Source of the DNA: Octopus sinensis
Lineage: Eukaryota
Direction of reading: 5' to 3'
DNA: 64,000 bases
NCBI RefSeq assembly: GCF_006345805.1
Contig: NC_043012.1
Coordinates: 22,134,001 to 22,198,000 of the forward strand
The position numbers were made by a program, and so were the translations under genes. The notes under the pieces were generated by a model. It ran no database searches, was not told the origin of the DNA, and saw only the letters and a list, made by a program, of their open reading frames with translations. Position 1 is the stretch's first letter. Each line of letters begins with the position of its first letter. Shown piece after piece: positions 1 through 13,726 of the stretch.

Positions 1-328
1 ATATATAAGTATGTATATATATATATATATATATACTTATATATATATACTTATATATATATACTTATATATATATACTTATCTATACACATATTTATAT
101 ATACTTTATAGATGTAAATATATATATATATTTACATGCATATATACACACGTACGTATATATATATATATTATATATATATATATATTATATATATACA
201 TATGTATGTATATATGTATGTATATACGCACACACATACATACATGCAAACATACATACACAGATACAGATACATGTATATATATATATACATACATACA
301 AACATACATGCATACATACATACATACA

Positions 329-361
<33 letters not shown>

Positions 362-362
362 C
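1..362. repeat. (AT)n/(ACAT)n microsatellite mosaic
   Basis: Direct read; ORFs called here are YI/HTYI low-complexity artefacts. Confidence 0.95.
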
Positions 363-519
363 TTCTATTGGGAGGGAAAGATAGAGTGACAGTGAGAGTG
401 AATAACGATGGCGAGATTGATAGCGTGGCGAATTGTAACATAGAAACATGGAAAGGAAACAAAAAAATAAAATCTACCAAACTTGAGGGAAAGAAATACA
501 GAGAAAGAGAGTATGAAAG

Positions 520-594
520 AGAGAATAAAGGGAGGATGGAATAGAGAATAAAGGGAGGATGGAATAGAGAATAAAGGGAGGATGGAATAGAGAA
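520..594. repeat. 23-bp minisatellite, ~3.3 copies
   Basis: AGAGAATAAAGGGAGGATGGAAT repeated perfectly three times. Confidence 0.9.
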
Positions 595-904
595 AGAAAA
601 TAGTTTGATAAAAGAATAGACATGAGTGAAAGAGATTATGTTTAAACAAAAAAACCAAGAAGGATAGGAAGAGAGATAGTTAATGGTGCATTACAAGTGA
701 ATTTGTTTAAGCACCAAGGGTCTTATTGTGTATGAGCGCCAGAATAAAAAATATGGCCGCCATTTTTATTGGTCTTTGCTTTTTAAGTCTTCTACTTCGA
801 TGCTGTTGTTGTTGTTGTTGTTGTGTTAGCGTGTGTTTGTTTTGTTTGTTTGTTTCTTGATGTTTGTTTTATGTTGTTTGTTTTCGTTGTTTGTTTTTTG
901 TTGT

Positions 905-1880
905 TGTTTGTGTGTGTGTATGAGCGTGTGTGTGTTTATGAGCGTGTATGCGTGTGTACGTGTGCGTATATGTGTGCATGAGCGTGTATATGTGTGTGTA
1001 TGAGTGTGTATGTGCGTGTGTATGAGTGTGTATGTGCGTGTGTATGAGTGTGTATGTCTGTGTGTATGAGTGTGTATGTGTGTGCGCGTGTGTGTCTGTG
1101 TGTGAATGAATGTGTGAATGAGTATGTGTATGTATATGTATGTATGCGTGTTTTGTAGTTCTGTAAGTAAGTGTGTGGGTATATGTGAAAGAGAGTGTGT
1201 CTTTATGTGTGTGTCTTTGTGTGTGCATTTGTGTGTGCACGTGTGTGTAACAAAGAGGTTATATGTGAGAGTGTGTGCATTTGTAAGTATATATGTGTGT
1301 GATTTAGAGTCTTTGTGGATGTATGTGTGTGTTTGTGTGATAGAGAGAATGTGTGTGTCTGTGCTTGTGTGTTTGTATGTGTATGAGAGAGAGGAAGAGA
1401 GAGTGTGTGTAAATGTATATGTGTAAGTGTATGTTAATGTGTATGCTTCTGTATGTATATGTATAGTAGTATTGATGATGGTGATAGTGACGATGGAGGC
1501 GGCGAAAGTAGTGGTGGTGGTGGTGGTGGTAGTAGTGGTGGTGGTGGTGGTGGTGGTGGCGGCGGTGGTGGTGATGGTAGTGGTGGTGGTGGCGGTTGCG
1601 GTGGTAGTGGTGGTGGTAGCGGTGGTGGTGGTGGTGGTAGTAGTAGTGGTGGTGGTAGTGGTGGTGGTAGTGGTGGTGGTAGTGGTGGTGGTAGTGGTGG
1701 TGGTAGTGGTGGTGGTGGTGGTGGTAGTGGTGGTGTAGTGGTGGTGGTAGTGGTGGTGGTGGTGGTGGTGGTAGTGGTGGTGGTAGTGGTGGTGGTAGTG
1801 GTGGTGGTAGTGGTGGCGGTGATGGTTGTTGCAGTGGTGAAGATGACCAAAGCTGTGATGGTGATGATGGTAGTGATGGT
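905..1880. repeat. Degenerate (GT)n tract followed by a (GGT/AGT)n tract
   Basis: Direct read. Confidence 0.9.
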
Positions 1881-2332
1881 GATAGAGAAGAGTTGTGACA
1901 GAACATAAAACAACAGCACAGTTTTCAGTTTATGTACACCACCGGCACCAGCATCACCACCACCCTCATCATCACCACCACCACCATTACCACCATCTAC
2001 AGCCTCATCGTCATCATCATCATCATCGTTGATTTACTTCTCAGAGCGATCGGTCTCGTTTGCTCTGCTTGATTGTGTGAGAGCAGACAGCAGCTTGTTG
2101 TCTTGTTGTCAGCTGTCACACAGGGTCGCTTTCCGCTCATTATAAGCTTTGATAATTGGTTGTTAATTATTGTGGAAGTCATTCAACATCTTAAGTACCA
2201 TTCTCAAAATCCCAGCCTCCCCAACAGAGCAGCTTTTGGGGGCCTCCTCTGCTCTCATATCAATTCCGATTTCTCTAACATATTTCTCGAACTTAGTTGT
2301 TAGTGATCCGAGTGACTACTAGTTAGTGATTC

Positions 2333-2440
2333 AGTTCCACAGCGTGGCCGCTTGGGCAAGTGTCTTTCTTCTACTATAGCCACGGGCCGACCAAAGCCTT
2401 GTGAATGGATTTAGTAGGCGGAAACTGAAAGGTGCCCGTC

Positions 2441-2508
<68 letters not shown>

Positions 2509-2680
2509 TGGTGTGTTGACGTCCCCGTAACTTTGCGGTTCGGCAAAAGTCACAGATGGAATAAGTACTAGGCTTACAAAGAATAAATCCTGGGGTCGAT
2601 TTCTTCGACTAAAAAAAACCCTTTAGGGTCTGCTCCAACATGATCGCAGTCAAATAACTGAAACAAGGAAAACAATAAAA
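2333..2680 (+). mobile_element. SINE family B, 5'-truncated
   Basis: TTGGGCAAGTGTCTT...CTATAGCC body, internal (TG)n and shared 3' part, matching the copies at 51914, 57235, 59623 and 62350. Confidence 0.8.
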
Positions 2681-2823
2681 GAATTAAAAAATAAACTCTA
2701 TCAATTCGAATTTCTTTTAAGGCATTTAATTGTATATTTGTCAGATTTTCAGAATAGCTGTCTTACATGAATCGCAATTTCATAAGTGTTCCACATTTCA
2801 AAATACTTACGAGTGGACTTTCT

Positions 2824-3363
2824 TTAACCCCCATGACAACGGGTTTTAATCAGGCAACTAGGTTGCACTGACGGTAATCATCTTAGCTGAGGTCAGCAAT
2901 TGGCGCACGACAACGGTTCGGCGTATATTTGCGTCAACCGCTTTGAAGCATCCACTGTTTATTTATTTCAACTGCCATCACTGCGAGGACCGTAAACCCA
3001 GCGAAAATGGCATAGCTGGATGTGATTGGAAATTCCGTGAAGGACCAGAAGAATTTGCTGAGCGTGTACGAATTTGATGGAAATGGTGGTGTAACTGCTG
3101 CTTTTATACTATTATGGTGAGGAAGTCTTGAACTGAGTTGTAAATATTTACATGGAAAGTCTTACAAACCTATAAGATTCCTTGAATTTTACACAGTGGC
3201 CTCTATTATGGATTCTGCGAATGACAGCGGATATTTATATCAACCGGAACACAAACAGCTACAAAACCACAGCGGATAGGGCTGCGTATATTTTCGTAAC
3301 CTGATTCAAAGCAAGTACACAGTGCACATAAATTTACGTCAACCGATGTTATTTACGGGTTAA
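2824..3363. mobile_element. Possible piggyBac-like MITE
   Basis: TTAA-CCC...GGG-TTAA ends; TIR similarity beyond 3 bp is weak. Confidence 0.3.
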
Positions 3364-4410
3364 AACACAACCTTTTAATCCATATTTTTCCAAACGTCTA
3401 CCCACGCACTCATCATACCTTTGAAACACAAGTCACCACAATTTTTTTTTCCTTTTTGTTATTTTTCGTCATGTAATATTCCACATTTTGAAACACTTGT
3501 AATTTGTATTTTTACAGAAAAATATTTGGAAAGGCTGTCATTATTCCAAATGTCTATGTGTTTAGAGCCTTTCTACTATGCTTTCTTTCTCTCTTGTTCT
3601 AATTTATAGAAAGTGGTTTGCTTAATAGCTGTGCTGTAATTATTATAATTACTACTCGAGTGTTAACGATCTTATAATAGGAAAATTTGGATGCATACTT
3701 TTGCTATTATGGGTAATATCAGGAAATATGGCGTACGTATAATGATTATAATTTAAATTAGCTATGAGCGACAAAAGCAGGTCGTTACAAAATCTGCTTC
3801 TGTTGCTATAGTTAATTTATACACAGCCCACCAGCTTTCCGGGATGCCACTGGTTGTTCGGTCAGTATTATTCTTTATCGGTTTGACTGATTTTTTTGTC
3901 TGGCATTCGGCTTAGCTAGCTGCCACTGATGATCCGTAACACGGTGAAATTACGTGATATGGTAGCGCTACCATCCGCCGGTGTGCTGTCAGTATTTAGT
4001 CAACCGATAACAGAATTTCGATGCATTTTAGTATTTGTTGTCTGCACGAAATGATTTTCCGGTATGATTACAATAATCTAAATTAGGTCTGATGTGCTAA
4101 TTAATAATTATAATTTAACTTTTATCAAATTTCTTGGTAGTTTTACAATGTGATGAAAAGAATCCTAATTTTCGCAATAAAAATATTTATTACTTTAAAA
4201 TAAAATTAAATAAAGTGTTACACTCTAATGTAATGTATACAGTGTATATATTACACTATGGGGATACAGTGTAGCATTGTACGATGTTGCTGCTGGTATT
4301 GTTGCTGTCATTGTCATCTTTTATTATTTTTTACTTTTTTCAGTCACTGGACGGTGGCCATGCTGGGACACAACCTAAAGGGATTTTAGTCCAACGAATC
4401 GCCCCCACTA

Positions 4411-4466
<56 letters not shown>

Positions 4467-4494
4467 ATAATATATATATATTATATATATATAC

Positions 4495-4544
<50 letters not shown>

Positions 4545-4916
4545 TATATTACGTTAAGAAATCTTGTTGGGCTGATGACGGAAATGTTGATCTCTATATC
4601 CAACTAATCCAGAAACGGTGTTCTCAAGTAATCGATGTACGTGTGATCTTTTGTTATTTTTCCCTCTATACCTGCGTGAATTATTTTTGAGTATACGTTG
4701 TCTGGGAGACTTTTCTTATAGTAGAGGAAATAGCTAAAATATTTTTGGCTCCTATTTCTAAAAGTTCGGTGTGTGGTAAAGTAAATTATTTTACTGAACC
4801 CTAATTATATAACGTAATGTTTTGAATATACCGTAAATGGTCTTTTTATATACTGCACACTACTTGGTAAAATTGATAAGTAATAATTAATTAATTTTAC
4901 CATTTTATTATTGACA

Positions 4917-4942
<26 letters not shown>

Positions 4943-4948
<6 letters not shown>

Positions 4949-5410
4949 AATAATAATTAAGGGCATCTAAGAGATACCACCATGCTAGATATAGCAGCCA
5001 AAACTTGACTCTAAAGCCACATTAAATATTCATACAGCACCAGGAGAGAAGACAAAGAGACAAAATAAACCAGTAAAAAAATTACTGGATAATTCCAGAT
5101 CCTAGATTTCTGACTCTGCATACGTGCATTTATATGTATGTATACGTTCGTATATGTAAGTATTCGTATGTTGTATATTTGTATTTATATGCTATCTGAG
5201 TATATTCCACTGATGAAGGCAAAGCATTTCTTATGCAGAGTCAGAAATCCGGGATCTAGAATTATCCAGTAATTTTTTGCTAGTTTATTTTGTCTCTTTG
5301 TCTTCTCGCCTGGTGCTGTATGAACATTTAATGTGGTTTTAGAGTCAAGTTTTGACTGCTATATCTAGCATGGTGGTATATCTTTGATACCCTTAATTAT
5401 AATTTTAATA
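4943..5410. mobile_element. Fold-back element, ~180-bp arms with ~109-bp spacer (PLE-related?)
   Basis: Arms 4943-5122 and 5232-5410 are reverse complements; the spacer holds a truncated CTGATGAAGGC core. Confidence 0.8.
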
Positions 5411-5457
5411 ATAATCATTACCTTTGAGGTTTTTATTCCCATGCTGGCCACATGCAT

Positions 5458-5544
<87 letters not shown>

Positions 5545-5574
5545 TACTTATATATATATTATTTTTAAACGGGG

Positions 5575-5905
5575 TACTTATTCTATTAGTCTCTTTTGCC
5601 GAGTCGCTAAGTTACTGCTGATGCTGCGGCTGTTATCCCATTCATGTTGGTTCTGCAGCTGTTTGATGTTAAGCTGTAGAGAAGGACAAAAACACACAGA
5701 AACATACATACATACACCTACGCATGCGCACACACATATGCACACACGCATATATACGACGGGTTTCTTTCAGTTTCCCTCTACCAAATCCACTGATATG
5801 GCTTTGTTCGACCCAAGGCTATAGCAGAAGTTACTTGCTATAAGGTTCCACACAGCAGGATTGAACTCGGAACCATGCGGTTGGGAAGCTAACGTCTTAC
5901 CACAT
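5575..5905 (-). mobile_element. SINE family B, degenerate
   Basis: Reverse complement of the family B head and body. Confidence 0.7.
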
Positions 5906-6304
5906 GGCCATGTATTCGCCTCATGATTATATTCGTTCTACATCTGTTGTTGATCTCTTCTTCATCGTCATAGTGATCACTGTTGTTGCCGCTGCTGCTG
6001 CGGTTGTCCCATTCATGTTGGCTCTGCAGCTGTTGGTGATTTCTCCACTGTTATTGTTGTTGCTGTTGTTGTCGTCGCCCTTGCTGCATTTGTTGCTGCT
6101 GCTGTGGCCGCCTTTGCAATTTTCTGACGCCATCTTAATCCCACCTTGTACCGCCATCATAACAGGTGTTCCCATAATTCACGTACAACAGAAACAATAA
6201 AAAAGCATTCAATATTCTTCTCGTCCCTTAGCATATCATTGGCTGCGTATTCCGCAGATACTGACTTCGTACTTCGATTATCCTCTATATATTTTTTTCC
6301 CTAA

Positions 6305-6535
6305 GGCGGCGAGCTGGCAGAAACGTTAGCACGCCGGACGAAATGCGTGGCCGTTTTTCGTCTGCCGTTACGTTCTGAGTTCAAATTCCGCCGAGGTCGA
6401 CTTTGCCTTTCATCCTTTCGGGGTCGATAAATTAAGTACCAGTTACGCACTGGGGTCGATGTAATCGACTTAATCCGTTTGTCTATCCTTGTTTGTCCTC
6501 TCTGTGTTTAGCCCCTTGTGGGTAGTAAAGAAATA
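6305..6535 (+). mobile_element. SINE family A (tRNA head, Deu/Nin-like central domain), tail type 1
   Basis: A-box TGGCAGAAACGTTAG, B-box GAGTTCAAATTCC, central GCCTTTCATCCTTTCGGGGTCGATAAATTAAGTACCAG; ~16-bp TSD ATATATTTTTTTCCCT. Confidence 0.9.
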
Positions 6536-6817
6536 TATATATTTTTTTCCCTCTGACCAATTCCACGCATACATTTCGAATCGCTCCGTGGAGACCGAGG
6601 TATGAGATACTTGCCCAAGCTGCAGCATAAAAGGACCGAAACATACACCTCATGATTGCGAGACGATTTTCTTAAGCAATAGAACATACGAACGGTTATA
6701 CATAAGGCGCTGGAGTGGCTGTGTGGTAAGTAGCTTGCTTACCAACCACATGGTCCGGGTTCAGTCCCACTGCGTGGCACCCTCGGCAAGTGTCTTCTAC
6801 TTATATGTATGTATGTA

Positions 6818-7527
6818 ATAGCTGATGTACCCGGTAATTCCAAGGAAAGCAGGGCTTATCCTTTGGCTCCATTCTCATAATTATTTCGCTAATCAAATAA
6901 CAACAATACAATGTATGTAGCCCTTAAAACGGTTTTTGTGCATTTACAGAGAATACCGAACCGTCTTACACAGGATCTTATTTTTAGGAATCCCCTATAA
7001 GTTATGAATACCCAAATTGTGAAGTTAGTTATGTGATAACATGAAATTAATTACCTGATAGTAAGAATTCAAATAAAGTGGGCCCGAAAAGGGCTTTAAT
7101 GCGTTCCCCGAGTATATAGAACTTAGGAGGAAATACTAATAAGGTATGTATACTAAAATTGTGAAGCATGTTACGTAATAACAGTCTTATCAGATACGAG
7201 ATAATAACAATTCATAGTAAATAATTCTGAAATGGGATTTTGTGCGTTCCCAGAGAATATTACCGTCAGGGATGCTAGCGTTGGTATGTTCGTGAATAAG
7301 TCACTAACCGAAATAAGTGGATCTATTGTTTAGGAAAATACTGTTTACTTGTTTAAAGGTTTTACTGGAAAAATTGCGAAAATAACTCTAACAGTTCAAA
7401 CACTAAGAAATAAGCATACTCAATTTCGTTTTTACTAAATAATTTAGGAAAATTAATGGGTTATTTCCCTTGGCAATACATAAAAATCCCTTCCAGGGGC
7501 AAATGGGTTATTTTCCTTGGTTTTTAA

Positions 7528-7575
<48 letters not shown>

Positions 7576-7722
7576 TCTTTTCTGTGTATATTTCTGTTGA
7601 AGAGCGTAGGCTCGAAACGTAAAAGACTTGTTTTATTTATATTCCTGAGCGCCATACTAATACAATTGTTTGTTTGTACTCCACCTGCCTTCGTCTTTTG
7701 TTTATTTTCATAAAGCTTCCCG

Positions 7723-7768
<46 letters not shown>

Positions 7769-7950
7769 ATCCCTTCCAGGTGCCCTATTATTGATTTTTT
7801 TTCAACAATCTGAGCACGCTATGAGGTTTCCAGATATGAGTTCTACTCACGTGTCACGTGTCAAAATCGATAAAACGATGTAGGAGGAGTTAGCTAACAA
7901 CTCCACAAGCACGCCCACAGACAGAATTTCCCACATAGATTGTAGATATG
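6818..7950 (+). mobile_element. Possible Helentron/HINE-like non-autonomous element, interrupted by a pLTR fragment
   Basis: TAGCTGATGTACCCGG start, internal short repeats, DINE-like 3' end; assignment by resemblance only. Confidence 0.35.
7591..7624 (+). ncRNA. Hammerhead-like motif (CUGUUGA variant) in a pLTR-like fragment
   Basis: UUU-CUGUUGA-A-GAGC(GUAG)GCUC-GAAACGUA-AAA; helix I only 3 bp. Confidence 0.5.
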
Positions 7951-8809
7951 TATGTATGTATGTATGTATGCATGCTTATATGCAAGTATGTGTGTATGTA
8001 TGTATGCATTCATATGTGTATGTATGTACATAACATACACCAATAAAGAACTCTCAGCAAAAGATATTTTATCTTTCTTTTCGTTTCTCTTTGTGGCTCT
8101 TTTTCTTGTTTTGTTTCTTTTTTTCTCGTTATTTTTCTTTATTTTTCTTCTCGTTTATTTATTTATTCATTCATTAAACAAACAAACAAACAAAAAAACG
8201 AAGTAATTAGAAAGACAGAGAATTTCGGTAACTGTTCCACCAACTTCACAGTTAACCAAGATTCTTGTAGACAACTTGTAAGGGAGAATAATCAACGTAA
8301 TTCGATTTCTCTTTACAATCTATCAGTTTACCTAGAATTCTTACCATTCCGATGTTATTTTTGTTATTGCCATTGTTGTTGGTATTCTTCTTTGTGTTAC
8401 TGTCTTCATTGGTGGTGGTGATGATGATGATGATGATGTCTGTTGCCTAATATATTGACAGGAAAATGATGAGAAATCTTGTAATGAAATCAACGTAAAA
8501 CAGGTGTGTTTTTGAAATTCTATTAATAGTTTTCAAGTTTTACAGTGAAAAGCATTTTTAAAAGGAAGAGAGAGAGAGAGAGAGAGTAGAAAGAAGGGAG
8601 AGAGTAGAAAGGAGAGAGAGAGAGTAGAAAGGAGTGAAATAGAGTAGAATGGAGCGAGAGAGAGAGTAAGGGAGAAGGGAGAGAGAGTAAAGGAAAATAA
8701 ACAAAATATGCTGGGACAACGGAAAAAATTTTCTTGGCGAAAACAAAATGAATTTTAACCAAACGAAAAGTAATCAAGTAAAAAGTTAAGCCACAACAAA
8801 ATATTTCCG

Positions 8810-9690
8810 TACTCCAGCATGGCCGCAGCCAACTGATTGAAGCAAGTCGAAAAGAAATTATCTTCTAATTTTTACTTGCTTCATGTCATTGGAATCCTGC
8901 CTTAAAGGGGCACTGCGTTGAAGGGTTTAGCCTAACAAATTGACCCCAGCACATATGTAATTTTTTTCCTAAGTCTAGTACTTATTCTATCGGCCCCCTT
9001 TTGGCGAAATACTATGTTACAGGGACGTAAACAAACCAACAGCGGTTGTAAAATCGTAGGGGGGACAAACACGACGTGCACACAGACACGCGGACACACA
9101 CACACACACACATATACTTACGTATACGAAGAACTTCCTCAAAGTTTACGTCAACCAAAGTCGCTCACAAGGTATTGGTCAGCTGGAGACTATTGTAGAA
9201 TTACTAGAAGACCTAAGCTGCCGCGCAGTGGGATTGAACCCAAGACCATGTGACAGCAAAGCGTGCCTTTTAACCACACAACCATGCAGCAAATTTACTA
9301 AAATCTACCAGATTGAATACTGATGAAATTTTTCACATATTCTTTTACTTGTTTTAGTCATTTGACTGCGGCCATGCTGGAGCATCGCCTTTAGTCGAGC
9401 AAATTGCCCCCCCCCTCTGGGGACTAGTACTTATTCTATCGTTCTCTTTTGCCGAACTGCTAAGTTACGGAGACGTAAACAGACCAGCATCGGTTGTCAA
9501 GCGATGTTGGGGATGGGGACAAACACAGACACACAAACACACACATATATATATATATATATATACAACAGGCTTCTTTCAGTTTCTGTCTATTAAATCC
9601 ACTCACAATGCGTTGGTTGGCCCGAGGCTATAGTAGAAGACACTTGCCCAAGGTACCGCGCAAGGGTTCTGAGCCCGGGATCACTCCTGG
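8810..9690 (-). mobile_element. Two adjacent SINE family B copies
   Basis: Reverse complement of the family B consensus at about 8810-9285 and 9350-9690. Confidence 0.75.
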
Positions 9691-10559
9691 ACAGAGTCAA
9701 GACTATTGAAAAGGTTGCAAGACGCAACGAAAATTTTAGGAAAATAAAAATAAGGAATAAGTGGAAATTTTACCGGTGAGTGTGTTAAATTATAAGGCAC
9801 AAAAAGAAAATGACTCTCCCCAGACACAACAGAATATACTTCAACACACAAACTCACATAAAGAATCTTGCAGACCAAATCCAAAAACGAAATATTTCAT
9901 AGTAAAAGTTTCCTAAATTGAAAGCATTTCTCTTATGCAGTTTTAATTATACTATTATTTGCTGCTGAATGTAACTCTCTCTCTCTCTTTCCCTATATAT
10001 ATATATATATATATACATATACATAGAGAGAGAGAGAGAGAAAAACAGACAGACAGACAGATGAAAAGAGCTAATAACTGCCGGTATTTTGTTTCTTAAA
10101 GTTTCAGAGTCGCACATGAAAGTGTGTATGTGTGCGTGTGTGTGTATGTGTGTGCGTGCGCGCGCGTATTATGGCTTTATGTATGAGAAGATTAATTAAC
10201 CTCACATTTGTTGGTTGATCAACCCTTCAATTTTATATGAAAAAAGCATCGTGAGACTAGAATCTAAAACACGCCGGACAAAATGCTTAGCTGCATTTCG
10301 TCCGTCTTGTCTTTATGTTCTGAGTTCAAATTCCGCCGATATCGATTTTGCCTTTCATCCTTTCTAGATCGATAAAATAAGCACCCGGTTCCGCACTGGG
10401 GTCGATCTAATCGTATAGCCCCATACCCCCCAAACTGCAAAAATTCGAAGCCATTATGTCGTTTCACAGCACTGATAAAAAAACCAATTCATCAGGTAGA
10501 TTCTTTTGTTCTTCCTCCTCCGTTTAAGTATCAGCAGTTAATTTTATCTTTGTCATAGA

Positions 10560-10900
10560 TAAACAGACGTGGTGTATCTGTTGTTTTTTTATCAGAATGT
10601 TTATGATGCCCAAATTTTTTCCATTTTATCGCGAGAAGTTTTTTTTTTTATACTTTTGTGAATGTTGCTCTTTAGTATAGGAGCTATTTTCTAGATCTTT
10701 CATAAATGCCTCATGTCTTCCAAGGTATCTCTTACGATGAATACACCACCACACACCTATTGTATACCGTACGTTTATGTTTTGTTTCCACTTCGCTCTG
10801 TATTTGCGTATGGCGCTGTGAATTTGGCCCCATTGCTGCCCCATCGTTTTGCTTGTACAGCTTGATTTTTGAACAGTAAAAAGGACAATTTCTTCAATCT
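10560..10900 (-). pseudogene. Decayed Penelope-like RT fragment
   Basis: Minus-strand LYKQNDGAAMG resembles the PLE YxQxxGxAMG motif; frame broken; relic may extend to ~11900. Confidence 0.5.
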
Positions 10901-12939
10901 ACTATTGGTATATTATGGTGTGTTTGATTACTTAATCCAACTGCATTAAAGTTTAATCCCTCCACTGATCATTCAATTATTCTTTCATTTTTTTTCTAAT
11001 TACAGGTCGTCTGCACTCGTGCTGTAGTACTGTCCCAATTGACCGCAGTACTTTTTACATCTGCTTGTTGTCTTATCCTATTTGTCGAACCACTCTGGCA
11101 CCGAGGATAAACAAAGAGCTCTGTTTTTCAAGGGGAACCAAAATGTATATATCTTTCATTGGTGTCATTTAACCCCCAGATTAACTTTGATACAGCAGAA
11201 ATATTATTCGGGGCATCCTAGCCGTGATCATCCCGTCTGCATTTTATCCATGGCTTATCGAGGATTACCGCAATATGGCGTGATTTGATTTAGACTTGTG
11301 CAGCAGCTGTCTCTGCAATATCTTACAATAGAATGCGAAAGTATCGCGCGCACACAAACTGAAACTTATTCACACACACACACACACACACACATTAGTG
11401 AAGCATTGAAAAATGATTTACTTGGCTGTGTGTTGTTTTCTGACCGTTTTTGTTTGTTTTTAATTATTTAGCCCTTGGCCCAAAGACATTGAAGCTGGTT
11501 TTCTTGAAATTATCTTCGCTTCCATATATGGAGCGCATCAATTTTTGTTCTTTGATCTCCTGAGTGCCAAAAAAAAAAAAAATAATTTAAAAAAAACAAC
11601 CTCAAAATGTCTCGGATACAGTCATTCTCCGCCACAGTATCCTTGACAGAATACGAATTTTTACCTCCTCCGATAAAGTCTACGATATTTTCTGTGGTTC
11701 CCTTTGTAGCGATTCCGTGTTCCAATTCTGAAGATTGAAACTGACAATTTTCTTTCCCAACAAAACACCCTCGTGTTTCTACATACAGAAGCGAAGTCTC
11801 CCCACACCACCTTTTTTCTCTGTAGTCAATCAATCCATATGTCATTTAGAAGCGATTTTTGCCCCATATTTGTCCCGTAGTTAATCACAGCACATTTCAA
11901 GACCAACAAAACAAGGTTCAGATCTTATGCAAAGGCAGACCGACGTAGAAAGTCCTTGTAATCCACAATGGATTTTAAGAATTTGGTACCTAACTTTGCC
12001 TCCTTGGTTTGAAGAACAGAATATGATGAAGAGGTTTAAGAAGCGAGCTGGAAGAATTGATGGCGTGTCGGACAAAAATTCTCAGCGGCATTTCTTCAGG
12101 CTAAGTTCTAAATTCAAGAACTGCCGATGTAGTTAGTAGTACAAAAAAAGAATAAGCACCAGTTTAGTACGGGGAACGATGTGTACCGACTTGCAACTTC
12201 CTCTTATAAACCAAAATTATCAGTCAACCAATTAATCGATTGGGAAAGCGAATGGGCTAGTGGCTAGAATGGTGCGACCATGATCACCATTCCTGCATTG
12301 GGCAGTGCGTTGTTCTTGAAAACCAACTGAAATTCACATTACTCCAGTCTTCTCAGCTGTGAGTAACTTTCCGACAGATTAACGTCCCGTTCAGGTGGAG
12401 TGCGACAGGAGTGCTGTGATTTGTCGCTGACACACCATGAAATCCTGGGTAACTGGCCCCATGAGAACCTTGGACTCGGGACTAATGTCCACGAGTTGAA
12501 TCAATCGAGCGCTTTATGCATTTGACCAATCGAATCAATCAGCAAGTTTATCTGGGTCCTTTCGTCAATATTCGTAACAGATTTGCTGTAGGGATGCCTT
12601 GTCCTTAAAATTATGAATAGTGACCAACGAATTGTGACAAACCAGCTGACTGAATGATTAAGAAATGGATTACATAACTAATCAACTAAATGACTAAGTG
12701 AAATCAAAACATCCCTTGGTCGTCCACAAAATTACCCTCTTGAAACAAGATTTGCGTAGCTTCGTAGGATGAAAGTGAAAATATCTTCAAACGACAGAAA
12801 TAAGAAACGTTTGAATAACCCCGATACCTTAAGTGTAACGTTAAACGGTCACAAAAAGGTCGCATTCTATTTTATTCTATGTCATTTAGCTGCGGCTACG
12901 CTAGAGCACAGCATTCAAGTGTTTCAGTCGACCAAATCT

Positions 12940-13170
12940 AGACGTAAACACACCAACACTTGTTATCAAGCGGTGATGGTGGGGCAGGGATAAAGACAAA
13001 GACATCTCTGTAAACGACGGCCTTCTTTCAGTTTCCGTCTGCCAAATCCACTCAAGTTTTGGTCGGCCCGAGGTTACAGGAGAACACACTCGCCCAAGTT
13101 CGTACGCAGTGGGACTGAACCCCGAACTGTGTGGCTTGGTAGCAAACTTACCACACAGCCACACCTGCGC
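12940..13170 (-). mobile_element. SINE family B
   Basis: Reverse complement of head GGCGCAGGTGTGGCTGTGTGGTAAG and body. Confidence 0.8.
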
Positions 13171-13726
13171 CTATGTGGACATCACTTCTGTATAGAAGCC
13201 ATTTTTTTAATATACCATCCACTTGTGATGCCAGTGGTACCACGTCAAAGTATTTAAACAGATGGAGTTATGTGAGGTTGTATATTTGACAGTCGTAGAA
13301 GACGTTTTATGATTCGAAGAATCAACCTCTGTCTGGACTTTGTGAAAGGTCTGAAACTTAATCACATACCTACTTGATAAAGTTCTACCTAGAACTAAAC
13401 TACAATCACATGAAATTCCGCCATGAACTAGATTTAAAAGATTTTTTTTAAAGGGATTGTACTCTAAACGAGTTCTGAACGATTACTAAATCTTTATTAG
13501 ACAATAAGGTAATTTATGAAAAAAAAAAAAACAAGGTTTATAAAGAGTGAAGATAAAATGCTCATTAACAATTAAAAACAAAAGAAAAGGCTTATGTTGG
13601 CTAATAATATTTGACCATCGTTACGAATAAAAGCAATAGTGTCTAGCTTAACGGTCTTTCCTTCAAATAACTGGCCCGACATTACTGTTTCATTTTTGTT
13701 TTGCATTTCAGAGCCCGTTATAATTC

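Noticed and set aside
11-1919. Long ORFs in the ORF track (also 44-47 kb, 53-54 kb and 62.8-63.9 kb)
   Set aside because: Translations of microsatellites (YI, HT, CV, poly-P/G/V, IYLS); no splice or codon evidence
5927-8450. Possible exons at ~8345-8446 and ORF 5927-6175 (minus strand)
   Set aside because: Low-complexity trinucleotide content, and I could not build a consistent multi-exon frame
11510-11845. 111-aa ORF as a continuation of the orphan gene
   Set aside because: No polypyrimidine acceptor; lies next to a decayed PLE relic; the gene already ends at 13727
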